Assembly: GCA_024679065.1 (NCBI GenBank) | Contig: JAGIQG010000016.1 | Span: 12,462,001-12,526,000, forward strand | From: Sphyrna mokarran | Lineage: Eukaryota | Direction: 5' to 3' | DNA length: 64,000 bases | Part shown: positions 14,156 through 26,256 of the stretch, in pieces | How the letters are laid out: the number at the start of each line of letters is the position of its first letter | Position numbering within the stretch: position 1 is the first letter of the stretch | Translations under genes and position numbers: made by a program | The notes under the pieces: model-generated | Told to the model about the DNA's origin: nothing | Database searches by the model: none | Seen by the model: only the letters and a program-made list of their open reading frames with translations

Positions 14156-14481
14156 CTCCTTCGATAAGTAGTGATGTGTTGCTCCGAAGTCGAACACTCA
14201 ACGTGGTATTCTCCAACACTCCACTTGAGCCTAATTTAAGAGATTAGGTTGCCCCACACGACAGACTGTCTTCAGTGAGTGAATGATTAATACAGATGCG
14301 AATATTCAATTAGGCCATAAACCCAGTGCCTGTTTATGATTGCGAGGGGTACAAACTGTTGTTAGAATTAGGATAGGCAATTGAATTTGGGTAAAATCTA
14401 CGAAGGGAATGTACTGAACGCCGGGCCCTTACCGCGATGCTTTATTCACACCCACGGAACGAATCATAAAAATAAATAATT

Positions 14482-15060
14482 ATGGACAGTTATGCTGAAT
14501 GGGTTGAAGTTCTCTGTTTATGTTTGAATCATAATTGGCCGAAATATGTGAAGTAAGGTGATACCCCGAAACAGTATTTTGGATCAGAGGGAGAGAATTT
14601 ATGAAGTCATGACGATAAAGGAGTGAGTAAGAGGGCTATACAGCTCAGGAAGGCGATTACAATCGCCTGATGTCGAGAAAAGCGGAGATTATCCGTGTTA
14701 AACATGGCAGAGAGAAAACTGTAATTAGAGATAGACACACGGGAGGAAAGGAACCAACTTATTCCGATACACATGAACGAGTTCCAGTCTGAATGTGATA
14801 ATGCCCACCAAAAGGCAAAACGCACTGTCAGTGAGAGAAGGGCTGCGCTGTACAGTTGCAGGAAATTAATCATAGATGCAGTGACCTGTAAGCTGCACTA
14901 AATTTTTTTGCAACAAACAGGAAAACAAAATACTGCCCATGCAACATAACAATCGGAATGCCTGCGTGACATTGACGATTTCTAATCACAGCTAGCTATT
15001 CAAGGGCGTGCAAGTTGTGCATTCACCACCAAAACAGGGGGGTATGAGCCACGGGTACAG
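14482..15060 (+). pseudogene. gag: ERV gag remnant (matrix-like N-terminus plus coiled-coil region); capsid/nucleocapsid not seen
   Basis: Reads MDSYAEWVEVLCLCLNHNWPKY (C-x-WP as in retroviral MA), then a charged helical stretch with stops. Position is between PBS and protease. Confidence 0.5.
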
Positions 15061-15089
15061 TGGGGGGGGGGGGGGAATTTAGAAATCGG

Positions 15090-15440
15090 TGCCTGCAGTT
15101 ATGCAATGGTTAGCATCACTGTGACCGGGAATCCCTCCTCCGTTCACACTAATCAAAAAAAAAAGACACCACTCTAATCCTACATCCATTCCGGAAAACA
15201 AAGTTGCGCCCCTAATCTGCCTCTATCCCGGAGCACTCAGTATGGTATATTAACAGGGGGGCTTAGAAACAGACTAACTGGAACTTAGACTGGGTAATAT
15301 AATATGCCATCACCCAGCTATCTTGGTTAAAATCCAGCCAAAAACAGAACACAGTCTAGGGAACGATTTGATGACGAAATGCAAAATAATTGTATCCATC
15401 GAAGTGTTTTTTTTAGCTAGTAAGAAGTTGTAAATGTCCT
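15090..15440 (+). pseudogene. pro: ERV aspartic protease remnant
   Basis: ...ELRLGNIICHHPAILVKIQPKTEHSLGNDLMTKCKIIV resembles the C-terminal LGRDLL motif. The DTG active site is eroded. Confidence 0.6.
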
Positions 15441-15466
15441 GTCGAAGTGGGCTACCCCCAGGTAAA

Positions 15467-15602
15467 AAGAACAAAGAATGAAGAACAAAATAGCACAGGA
15501 AACAGGCCCTTCGACCCAACGAGCCCGCGCCGCCACCCCGATGTTCCCACCTCTACCCGTGATCCTTGCCCATGTTTATAGATCTATGGATTAAAAACCA
15601 AA
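15467..15602 (-). mobile_element. 3'-terminal fragment of the V-core-bearing CR1 family, inserted in the ERV pro/RT boundary
   Basis: Reverse complement closely matches 45498-45629 (GATCTATAAACATGG..GGGAACATCGGGGTGGCGGCGCGGGCTCGTTGGG.CGAAGGGCCTGTTTCC). Confidence 0.88.
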
Positions 15603-15689
15603 TATGAGGTATGAAGACCGAATTTCTACTTTTAAAGTATTCTGGATCAGGGAATAGAAATGACGGAGTATCCTGAAACAAAGATATAT

Positions 15690-17303
15690 TAGCTCAACAC
15701 ATAATGGCAATCACCAGTCGCAAGCATGACTGTGACGGAATAACAGGGGAGGTAATCAAAGAAGGACCTTACCCTAAATCCCAAAGACAGCACGGCTTCC
15801 ATAAACAAGCCGACGGGGAAGTGGTCAAGTTGTTTAGCGTTTTATTAAAACAAAGGCTTCTGCACTCCGTTGCTTCACCTAACAATCCTCCATTTGACCG
15901 TTAAGGTAACCACAGTGCTCCCGAACGTTCACAATTGATAATCAAGCCCTGACTCAGATCATCCCAATAGTGGTGACTAGCCCAGAAGCCATGATGAAAC
16001 AAGCCGTGCGTGCATTTTTTTTTTCAGTGTTGGACAACAGTAAAAGCTTCTGGTTAATTCGCTTAGATCATCACTGTGGACATATATTTGCCTTCATGTT
16101 CAAGACACAACAGTGCATTTGGACATGTTTATTACAATATTTTCATACCTTTCATTTTATATTTCACCAGCGCTTAGAAAGCTGCTTGTAGCGATTCTCC
16201 AAACCTGAACATTGATTCCAATGCGTAGACCATCTCCTCTTATAGGCTGCAACAAGGTAGGAACATCTCAAATTATTGGAGGAACTGCTGAACCACTCAG
16301 GACAATAAGGTTAAAGATAAATCCCTAGAAAGCCCAGATCATGAGACCATAGGTCTGCTACTTGGGTACAGGAGTGACTAAGCAGAACCACGAGATATTA
16401 ATAAGCAAGTAGAATCTGTAACACGCCTTCCTCTACAAAGAAAATGAGCTAGGTACACTACTTTCTCGGCTTAGTGAAGTACGAACATCGACGGTTTCGT
16501 CACTAAAGCCACTCCCCTGTCTGAACTTCTTTGAAAAAAAAAGGTCCAGACTATGCGACACACACAAGTAGTCTCAGAACTAAAACAATCCGTGGCACAA
16601 GCCAGTGCCTTTTGGATACTCAACCCTGAATTCCCCTTCGTCCTTGAAGTAATGGCCACTGATAGCACACTCGCCACTGAGCTCCTGCAACAATAGGACG
16701 GCTCAGCTCAATCACTTATGCTTCCCCCATACTCTGCGAGAACGATTTTTTTTTTTTTCCGGGAAATGCACGACTTTAGCTGTAAAGTCGGCTGGCACCC
16801 TTTCGTTGTACTTATTGAACACCCCTCCCCCGCTCAACTGCTCATTAACGGTCGAATTAAAGATGGGACGGTTAGTCAAAACTGTAGCATAGTGAACATT
16901 CATATCAGAGTATAGAGATATTCGAGCGAACATACTCGGCTCTCCGCATTCCTGGAAGGCAACGCAACTTATGGGTTCGAGTCTCATGAGTGCCAGGTTC
17001 TGGCAATAAAATACCCCAAGTGGCCTTTGTTTGCCAAAAAAAAAAAGATGAGAGGAGCCAGAGGAATCAGCCAAACCCAGGGTCAGGACAGTTTAAACAT
17101 TTTTTATAATGGGTCATCCGTGGTGAAAGACGCAAACAGGAGGACATGATGTGAGATATACACGGAAGACCAAGAAGCCAAGCCCCAAAGCGAGGTTGTC
17201 TTAAAACTTACACATGGATGCACAGACTGCAGAACTGGCAGCAATAGCATAGGTAGTCAGCCACCCTGAGCTGTGCCCCAGACATACACTCCAATAGTAT
17301 ACG
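15690..17303 (+). pseudogene. pol: ERV pol part 1: RT, tether (degenerate RNase H) and N-half of RNase H
   Basis: RT: KHDCDG; FSVLDNSKSFW..FAFMFKTQQCIWTCLLQYFH (ORF 15970-16191); QCVDHLLL (QYVDDLLL) at 16219-16242. Tether: PEFPFVLEVMATD...QLLINGRIKDG. RNase H: IFYNGSS at ~17099, AQTAELAAIA at 17220, IHSNS at 17284. Confidence 0.88.
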
Positions 17304-20300
17304 AACATGAAACCTTGGAGCAGGAATAGGCCATTTGTTCCCTCAAGATTGCTCCATCATTCAATAAGGCCATAGCTGATATTTTCATGAACTAGCTCTG
17401 CTTACCGACCCGCTCACCAGAATCCTCATTTGCATTGTTTGTCAAAAATGCATTAACTTTACTTCAAAAAAACATCCAATAGGTAGCCTCAACTCTTTCA
17501 TAGTGCACGGAATTCTACAGACTTACAACCCTTTGTGTGAATAAGTTCGTCATCAATTCAGTTGTAAACGTGCTCCTCCTTATTTTGAAACCATGCCCGC
17601 TACTTCTACTTTCACTCGCCAGTGGAAACGTTTTCCCTGCTTCTACCTTATCTATTCCCCACATCATCTAATACGTTTATAGATCCCCCCCCCCCCCCCC
17701 CCGCCCCCCCCACCACCACCACCCATTCTTCAGAATACAGGGAATAGAATCCCAATCTACTCAGTCTCTACTCATATGCCAAGGCTCTTAAATCATGAGT
17801 CAACTTAGTTAACCTTGTCCGCCATCTCCTGCCCCACACTCCGCCTCCGCCCGCCCCCATCTCCACCAATGCTGCTGAATTGTTCGTCTATCCTTTTTCA
17901 TGTAAGGAGAACAATACTGTACACAGCACTCCAGGTGTCACCTCACCAGCAAGTTATACAACTGCAACATAATCTCGTTGTTTTCAAGCTCCATCTCTCT
18001 TGCAATGGAGGACAATATTCCGTTTGACTTCTTAATTACCCGCTGTACCTACAAACAGATTCCTTGTGATATTGCATAAGATCTGCAGGTCTTTTGAAAG
18101 CAGAATGCTGCAATTTTTACCATTCAATTAGTAATTAATGTTGCTGTATTCTTACCAAAATAGATGACCTCACATTTACCAACATTGTACTCCATCTTCA
18201 GACTCTTGGTCACTCACTCAGATGATCTATATCTCTTTTCAGACTTTCATCTCTCCCTACACAGTTTGGCCTGCCACACATTTTAGTGTTATCTGTGAGT
18301 TTTGACACACTACACTTGGTCCACATCTCCAAATCACATATAAATCGTCGACTATTGTGGTTCCAACTGTAATTCCTGAGTCACACCACTAGTCACTGAT
18401 CGCCAAGCAGAATAACACCCATTTACTCACCCCTCACCTTGTTCTTTGTTAGTTAACCAATACTTTATCCATGTTAATGCCTGAACCGTAATACCATGCA
18501 TATGGATCTTATGCAGCAGTCTTTGTTGCGGCATCTTGTCAAATGTCTTCTGGAATTCCAGTTACACCACGTACACAGGTTTCCCATTATCCACTGCACA
18601 TGTAATGTTCTCAACGAACTCCAACAAATTAGTCAAACATGACTTGGCCTTCATGAGCCCACGCTGCATATTACCAATGGGACATTTTTCTTTGTCTAAA
18701 TATGTCACTATTTTTTTCTTGAGGATAAATTAATGCATTTTCCTTAATAGGGAAGTTAAACTCACTGGCCTATTGTCACCTGCGTTTTATTTATGCCATT
18801 TAAAAAAGAACTAACAACAGTGTAACATTTTCTGTTTTCTGAGTCCAGCGAATTTTGGTAATTTTCCCCGAATGCATTTGCTATTTCCCCTGCCATCTCT
18901 TTCAGTACCACGGTACCTTTCGTCAGGACCAGGACACTTGACGACATTTGAGCCCCATTAGCTTGCCCAAACCTAACTCTTCCACGATACTGATCATGAT
19001 TAGGTCTTCGCCAACCACAGCCTTCCTGACACCAATTTTTGTCAAGTTACTTGTGTATTCCACTGGGTAGAGAGATTCAAAATACCTATTCAATGGCTCA
19101 GCATTTTCTCTTTTCCAGTTCTTGCATCCCCCTTCTCATCCTCTAAATGACCCATGTTTCTTTAGCCACTCTTCTTCGTTTTATATATTTGTACAAAGTA
19201 ATGCCATTTGTTTTGTATTGTGAGCCAGTTTACTCTCGTGTTCCAATTTATTGTTCTTTGAATCTTTTTTCCGTGGCTTTCTGCTATCTTTTAAAAATTC
19301 CCCAATCTTCTAATTTCTCCTAATCTTTGTCACTTTGCGTGCCTTTTTTTCTTTCAATTTGATACTCTATTTCCTTAGGTATCTATTGTTGTTTATCTCA
19401 TTTTCTCCAGTCTTTCCTTACCATCCGTACATACTTTGCTGAACAATGTGAAAGATAATTTTGAATGTCCTCTAACTGTTCCTCAGTTATCCCAACAAAA
19501 TTTTTGTTCCACTCTACTTTTGCCAACGCCTCCTTCATCCCTTTATAGTCTTCTTTGTTTAAGCACAAAACACTGGAATTGACTTTCCCTTCTCAGGCTC
19601 CATCTTTATTTGAATTCAATCAGACTATGATCGCTTCTTCCGAGAGGATCCCTAACTGTAAGACCATTAATTATTACTGTCACATTGCACAGGACTAGGT
19701 CAAGGATAGCTTGCTCCCTCGTAGGTCCCATTATATACTATTCAAGGAAGATATCGCGGGAACATTCTATGATCTTCTCAAGGCTGCATTGACCAATCTT
19801 GTTTGGCCAATTGATAAGTAGATGAACACTGCCCCCACCCCCCGCCATGATAACTGCTATACTAGTTTTGCATGCATCTGTTATTTCCATGTTTGTTTCT
19901 CACCTCACTGCCTTGTCATTATTTGATGGCCTAGAGACTATCCCTATCGATGACGTTTTATCCTTGTCATTTCTAATTTCCACCTAAATGGATTCAAAAA
20001 TATTTTCTGCAGAATCTTTATCATCTCTCATTGATACCATCCTTAAATAGCAGAAATGCACCTGCTCCATCAGTTTTCAAGTCTGTCTCTCTGAACAGCT
20101 TGATATCTCTAGGTATTTAACTCCCAGTCGCGGTCATTCTGCAATCGTGTCTGTACAATGGATGCCAAATCATTTAATTTCGCAATGCTTCGTGTTGTCA
20201 ACTCATTCATCGTGTTTTGAATGATAAGGGCATTCAGATAAAGTTCCCATATGTTTGTTTTTTGTATTTTTTTATATCCTATTAACAACTGATTTCTCCT

Positions 20301-21606
20301 TTCTTCTATCTTTTTCCCCCTGATTTTTTGTGCAGTTGGAGCTGTTCCCCATGTTTTGTCCTTGCTCCCTCCTTCTCGGGCTCCTTATATAAATTCCTAT
20401 CCCGTTGCACATTAGTTCAAACCCTTCTCAAACGCTCTAGCATGCACTCACATAGGATATCTGTCCGAGCTCTGCACACGTCTAGCCCGTCAAATTTGTG
20501 CAGGTCTCACCTCCCCAAAACTCATTCCAATGCCCCTGATACCATCTCTTCAGCCAGGTAGTTATCTGACGTATCCTGACATTTCTACTCGACTCTGACT
20601 TGAACTTGACAACAGCATTACTGCTGAAATCGCTACTTTTGAAGTCCGATTTCTTAACATTCTTCCTTGCTCCCTACGTTTTGCTTTTCGGATCGCATCT
20701 ATTATTTTTTTGTCCTCTCCCTTCAGAATGTCCAGCAGCCGCTCTGATGTATCATAGACCCTAGTACCAGTGAGGCATCGTATCATCCTGGATTCCCGTT
20801 TGCAACCACAAAGATACGTCTGCCTATTCCCCTTACAATTGAATCCCTAGTAATATTACACTAGCAAATGTGTTTTATCCTTTTCCTCTGCAACATTACC
20901 AATTATGGTACACGGAATTTGACTGCTGCTGCTTTCCCTGGAGACGTCATCCCCCTTAACAGTATCCAAAGCTGTATATCTGTTTTTTCAGGGGAATGAC
21001 CACAGGAGACTCCAACACTACCTGCCTATTTCTCTTGCTCTGTCTGATGGTCACCTATTTGCTTCCTGCTGCGGAGTTTGATACTGCTGCTTGACCACTC
21101 TCTAAATGTGCTATCCTCCATACTCTTAGATTCATGGATGCTCCGCAGCATCTCTAGTAGCTGGTGCAGCTCTGAAACTCAAGCTTCCAGGAGCTGTAGT
21201 TCAAAACACTTTCTGCACACGCGCTGATGCAGGAGTTTGCAATTGGCCACAGGTTGCCACAAGTGACAAGAGTAGGTGGAGCAAACCACAGCTTGGAGCT
21301 CTCTTGCCATGACTTACCCTTCAAATTAAACTTTTGAATGATGTTTTGTTCGAGGTTATATCTAATGTTCTAGGGTCCTTCCTTCCTTTCCTTGTTACAA
21401 CCAAACATAACCATTTGAAAGCATAACCAGAAAAATTAAACAGAAATAATATTCTTATGTACAACAACAAAAACTACAATGCCAAGAGCAAAAGGGAAAA
21501 AAAAAACTTTTTGATTAATCAACACTCTTACTTGTAGCCTCTGCTGCCTAAAACCATGCGTTCACCCACATCCAAATGCAGTCGTCTCAGCCAAGCAGCA
21601 ATCAGG
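17304..21606 (-). mobile_element. Near full-length CR1 LINE (5' UTR, ORF1 with Cys-rich N-terminus and SGNH-esterase-like domain, ORF2 EN-RT, 3' tail), degraded
   Basis: ORF1 start MARELQAVVCST at 21310 (minus). RCLTGTRVYDTSERLLDILKGE in ORF 20562-20786. EN at ~19550-20230 and RT at ~17500-18950. The tail ..GGCCTATTCCTGCTCC..CATGTT is at 17304-17345. Confidence 0.92.
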
Positions 21607-21930
21607 ACGTATGTCTGCAACAGTTTAACGGACTTCGTGCCAAGATGAGGAGCAAGGACATAAATATCAGCAGAAGAGAAACCTCTGTCATTAGCCTCAC
21701 TGTTAAGTTTTATTTTCCAGACTCCTGACCACAGGTATGGTACAATTAAATTAAAGTTTCACCACGGCACCTTCCCAATTGGGAACATAAGAGCGGGTGA
21801 ATTAGCCAGCCAGGGTGCTCGAGAGGGGTTTTACTTTTGGCATCTAATAGCTAAAGAGCGAATTGAAGTTTTGAATGTTAGCCAGACCAAGGAGGGATAC
21901 ACCCCTCCTCCTTTGAACATTAGCGAGATG
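21607..21930 (+). pseudogene. pol: ERV pol part 2: C-half of RNase H
   Basis: TYVCNSLTDFVPR*...SAEEKPL...IKLKFHHGTFPIGNIRAGELASQGAR matches DS-x-YV ... KVKAH ... GN-xx-AD-x-LA. Confidence 0.8.
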
Positions 21931-22240
21931 TTCTTGTCCTTAAGGACGGCCTATAGCACGAGGGGACACAGGTTTAAATTAAGGGGTATGAGTTACAGGA
22001 CGGATATCAGAGATAGGTTCTTTACTCAAAGAGTGATTAGGGAGTGGAATGCCCTGCCTGCAGCTGTTGTAGATGCGCCACGTTTGGTGGCGTTTAAGAG
22101 GTTAATTGCTAAGTATATGGAAGAGAAGGGAATGGTTTAGTTTGGAGGGGCATTGCTTTTTATTTTGGTCGGCACAACATCGAAGGCCGAAGGGCCTGTT
22201 CTGTGCTGTATTGTTCTATGTTCTATGTTCTATGTTCTAT
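21931..22240 (+). mobile_element. Young CR1 3' fragment inserted between ERV RNase H and integrase
   Basis: TRGHRFKLRG..FFTQRVIREWNALP, then GGCCGAAGGGCCTGTTCTGTGCTGTA and a (TTCTATG)n tail. Confidence 0.93.
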
Positions 22241-23300
22241 ATGTGACCTCGAGCAGAGAACATGACCAGATCGATCTCCAAAACGACGATGTCCAGAGCC
22301 ATCGCGGCCAGGAACCACAAATGAGCGCATCAAAGTATTGTGCGGTTCTCAAACCTAGAACATTGTGTGTGGCATTATGCTGATAATTGCATCATCTGTG
22401 CACAGAACAATCCCGACAAATCTACCTACACAGGCGAACTGAGGCATACTTGCCCTGTGGAAAGACCCCGGACTAATTTCAAATTGGTTCTATTGGGCTC
22501 CTCCCTCCGGAATGCGACTTTACAAATACATCCTGGTCATTGTAGACACTTTCAGTAACTGGTGGACACTTCTTCAACCCGCACGAGCACGGTCAAATTC
22601 ACGGCTAACATCCCAGTGCAGTACATATTCAGTCATTGTAACCTGCCACGCAGCATCGACTCGGACGAAGGCACTCACTTCATTGCAATGGTAATGCAAG
22701 GGGTAATGAAATAGTTCAGGATAAATTAGCAATTCCACTTTGTTTACCACCACCAAAAACAGCGGTGTGTTGGAGAAGATAAACTGTACCGTAAAAGGTA
22801 GGATCTTTAAGACCATTCAGCAGAACAATCAAACCTGGAACAATGTCGTCCTCTTCTTATTAATGAGAGTGCGCAACTCTGTATCTATTTCCACTGGATT
22901 CACGCACCGGGTCCTCGTGATGGGGCGATCCTTGCGAGAAATTGAACGTTTATTCGGGCTGAACATGTCCGGGTCCGAGTTCACGGCCCGCACTCAAGAC
23001 AATGTCGTGAGAGCATCCTTGACAGCATACAGAACCGCACAACGGGATGCAGCCGTTAAGAAAGGGAAGGGGAAGCAGCAAAATAACGCCTACTTTGACG
23101 AGAAGGTGAAGTTCTTCGAATATGAGATTGGACAAGAGATAATGCTCAGTGTCTTCCAGGCTGGTAAGTTCCAACCCCCCAAGTAAGCCGGACCCTATCC
23201 AGTGGTAAATAAGACCAGTCCCTCTGAACACAAGGTCAGAGTAGACTACAAGAAAACCAGTTTGCATCTGGTCAACCAAATGAAGGCATTCGGCTCCCAG
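22241..23300 (+). pseudogene. pol: ERV pol part 3: integrase (HHCC, DDE core, GPY)
   Basis: HRG...NCIICAQNNP; YKYILVIVDTFS; IDSDEGTHF; SGVLEKINCTVK (ORF 22740-23186); PK*AGPYPVV; HLVNQMKAF. Confidence 0.9.
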
Positions 23301-24450
23301 CAAAATTTTGACCAATACGGCGTTACCCTGGAAGGAACCATTGAGGAACATGGGATCCTCAACCTCACCACATCCCACTGGACCTTAACCGCAATCCACA
23401 ATCTGTAACAGAGGTTATTGACCCCCAACCAGAACTGCAGGACCGGCACATACATCCTTGGTTCCCACGCTAATTTAAAGGGCTTCAGGAATAAAGCCAT
23501 GACCTAGGGCAACCCAACTCAAAGGATGGGGCACCAGCAGGCCTTCCCCAACACGACGTGCTTGGCAATCAGACTCCCAGAACCGTTTGACCCAGCTCTC
23601 ATTACCAGAGGTGCTAACACCGAGGGCGTCTGACAATAAAAGCCCTCATACTTTGGTTCCCTCAACTAAGGAAGTATCATGGCATCAACGTCCAAGCTGT
23701 AAATTGTTTCATCCACTCACTCCACGCATCACCTAATCGAAAACGGCTTCTTGTCTATCCACATTATACTGCACCATAATAATCTGACACATTTCAGTTT
23801 GGCTGTGCCTTGAAAAATCTATTTTTATACTGTCCCATAGTTCTTCAACGACAGGGACACGTGCCACAGACCCAACATATTATTTTCACCTTGTGCAAAT
23901 TCCTTACTCCACTCAACCGCATAAAACACTGATTGCCAACGAAACCTTTGCATGACACTAGGTATTAATACGAACTGAGAGGTGCTACCTAGATCTCTCC
24001 CTGAATGAACTACATATCTACATATACTTATCTGCTATCCGATATATCTCGTCGTGGATAGAACCACAGACACCACACCAACGGAAGACTAGACTATGAG
24101 CCTCCGATACACCGGATACGAGCAAATTTGAGGGTTGCATCCTGTAGTATACCCCAAAACGAGTGTCACATATACGTGTAACAACCAAAAAGTGATCTAC
24201 AAGGAAGTTAATAAGAATTCTCATTATTGCTCCCCAATGACAACCCTCGCTCGTGATTGTTGGCTTACACTGACTATGGATATATAGAGCTATCCTGTCC
24301 AACCATAAAAAGAGGCATGAAATTAGGAACAAAGTGTCCCGGTAATGTTATTCAGAACGTTACATATACTACGAAATTAGGAAATCGTTAAGACCAACTG
24401 TTAGCATACCAATGCGTATTTTTCGGAAACCACCACAAGGCACCACAAAT

Positions 24451-25950
24451 GGGTTGATACCAAATCATATAGGGAAAATATTATTCGACAACATTCACTA
24501 CAAATTGGCACCAGTAGTGGTAGACTTAGCTGGAACACAATGATCAGACTGGTGTGCCTCCCCGCTTGTAAAATGGTCGCTCCAATTGACCCAAAGACCA
24601 CTAAGCTGAAAGCTTGGGACACACGAGGAAGGATAGACGTCCAGATCAAAGGACCACAATATGAGGGAAATCCCTAATGATATGGTGACGGCATATGGAG
24701 CGGGACAATCCACCATTAACACACTTGATCTGGCTGATTTGGATAACTTGCTGAGAGTCCTAACACACCAAGTTAAAGAGGCATTAGACCCCAAACTAAA
24801 TGGAACTGCTCGTCAACATGCTGAGAAAGATTTAGCTGAGAACAGTACCAGTTTCCTTCTGGTTTCTGTACCAAAAGGAGGTGCCAAAGTATTAATCACG
24901 TCTTTGACGGAAAAATGAGGATGATGCCAGACAATAGAGCCGAACCCTGTGTAGCATTTATGGGCAATGGATGATCGAGCACTTTAAACAAAACTTCGAT
25001 CATGTTCGTAGGAAGTAAGTTCTATCCGGGAAGAATGGCAAACAGGTTGAAAATCTATACCATGTAAAAATACACTCCAATATCACTAACTGTCAGTTAC
25101 AGCAACAGAAAAGGTTTGGTCTATCGATAGCGTTGGAGGAACCCCGGGGATCGCATGAGGATGGTGTTTGGGATTCCAGAAGCACTAAAAGATAAGGTAG
25201 GGTTGAGATTATTTGAAACAAAAATATTGGAATCAGTAAAGGGGGATATGGATTCAGAAAGGAGGGTGGTTTACAAAGCAGGTTAGCTCGTAGGCACCAA
25301 CCTGTGGATGTGTAAACATAGACAAAGTTGTCCTGTGCCCATATCCGATGTATAAAAATGAACTTGCACTGTGTAGATTCAGGACAACTATTGACTTAAA
25401 CTTTACACGGGAAATTCGAGTTTTAGAAAGGACGTTCACCGGCAGGTTACAATGGGGGGTGGGTGGGTGGGGAGGGGGGAGGGTAGACTACTGTATTGCA
25501 ACGTCGCCAGAAAATTGCCATTCTTCGACAGCCATTTGCAATATCCACAATACTGCATTTTACATTAAACCACACGTTCCCGCCAGGATAGAATTGAGGT
25601 AGTGAACATATAAAGAAATGTTAGTAAGGAATTGGGACAAAGCTTGACGGAGCACTTTGCAAACAAAAAATATATCGGGATCACACTTCTACCCGAAAAA
25701 CGTCAAGAATTTCGGACTCAATCACAGCAGACACGACCTTTGTCAAAATAGCACAATAAATGTTTTTTTTTTAAAGAACATTAGTGCAATTAGAATCATA
25801 TATGGTGGCAGGATTTCGGGTATTGTGGTTCCAATGTCCAAATCCATCCATAGGTCCGCATGTTGTCACCCATGGCCGTAATAAGAATCCTACTTATGAA
25901 AGTGTACCTACCGGTTCTCGTGTTTAAATTTGCTCAACAGAAAAAATGAA
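24451..25950 (+). pseudogene. env: ERV env remnant (class I fusion protein); may begin further upstream (~23400)
   Basis: GLIPNHIGKILFDNIHYKLAPVVVDL. Eroded cleavage site, then fusion-peptide-like EIPNDMVTAYGAGQSTINTLDLADLDNLL (ORF 24661). Cys-rich CSIYGQW, VLCPYP, YCIAT..C..C. Membrane-proximal HIWWQDFG..HP followed by a hydrophobic anchor at ~25860-25930. Confidence 0.72.
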
Positions 25951-26239
25951 TTTCTCCAACACTTGAACATGTCAACGGTCATCCAACATCGGGAATGTCC
26001 AAACAATAAAGTGCTTTTATACTCGCCCATCTATATTGTAATATGTTCAGTCATTTGTTATTTTGTACTGTTCATTGCTTTGATTTGTATTTACCCAATT
26101 GACGTTTCTTTTATTGTTTTTTTCTTCATTTCAATTTGTTACAATCATTATGGGTTAGAATGACACTGTCAAGCCTGGTATTGATTGCTTGTTGAGATGT
26201 TTTGGTGAGGGTTGTGTATCCAGTTCGCTGATGCTCAAT

Positions 26240-26256
26240 GGATAAAGCAGATAGAA
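26240..26256 (+). promoter_or_regulatory. Degenerate polypurine tract
   Basis: GGATAAAGCAGATAGAA (14/17 purines) directly before the TG that opens the 3' LTR. Confidence 0.5.

Noticed and set aside
15911-15940. CACAGTG heptamer suggesting a V(D)J recombination signal
   Set aside because: No nonamer at 12/23 spacing, and it lies within ERV RT. I found no Ig/TCR segments in the window.
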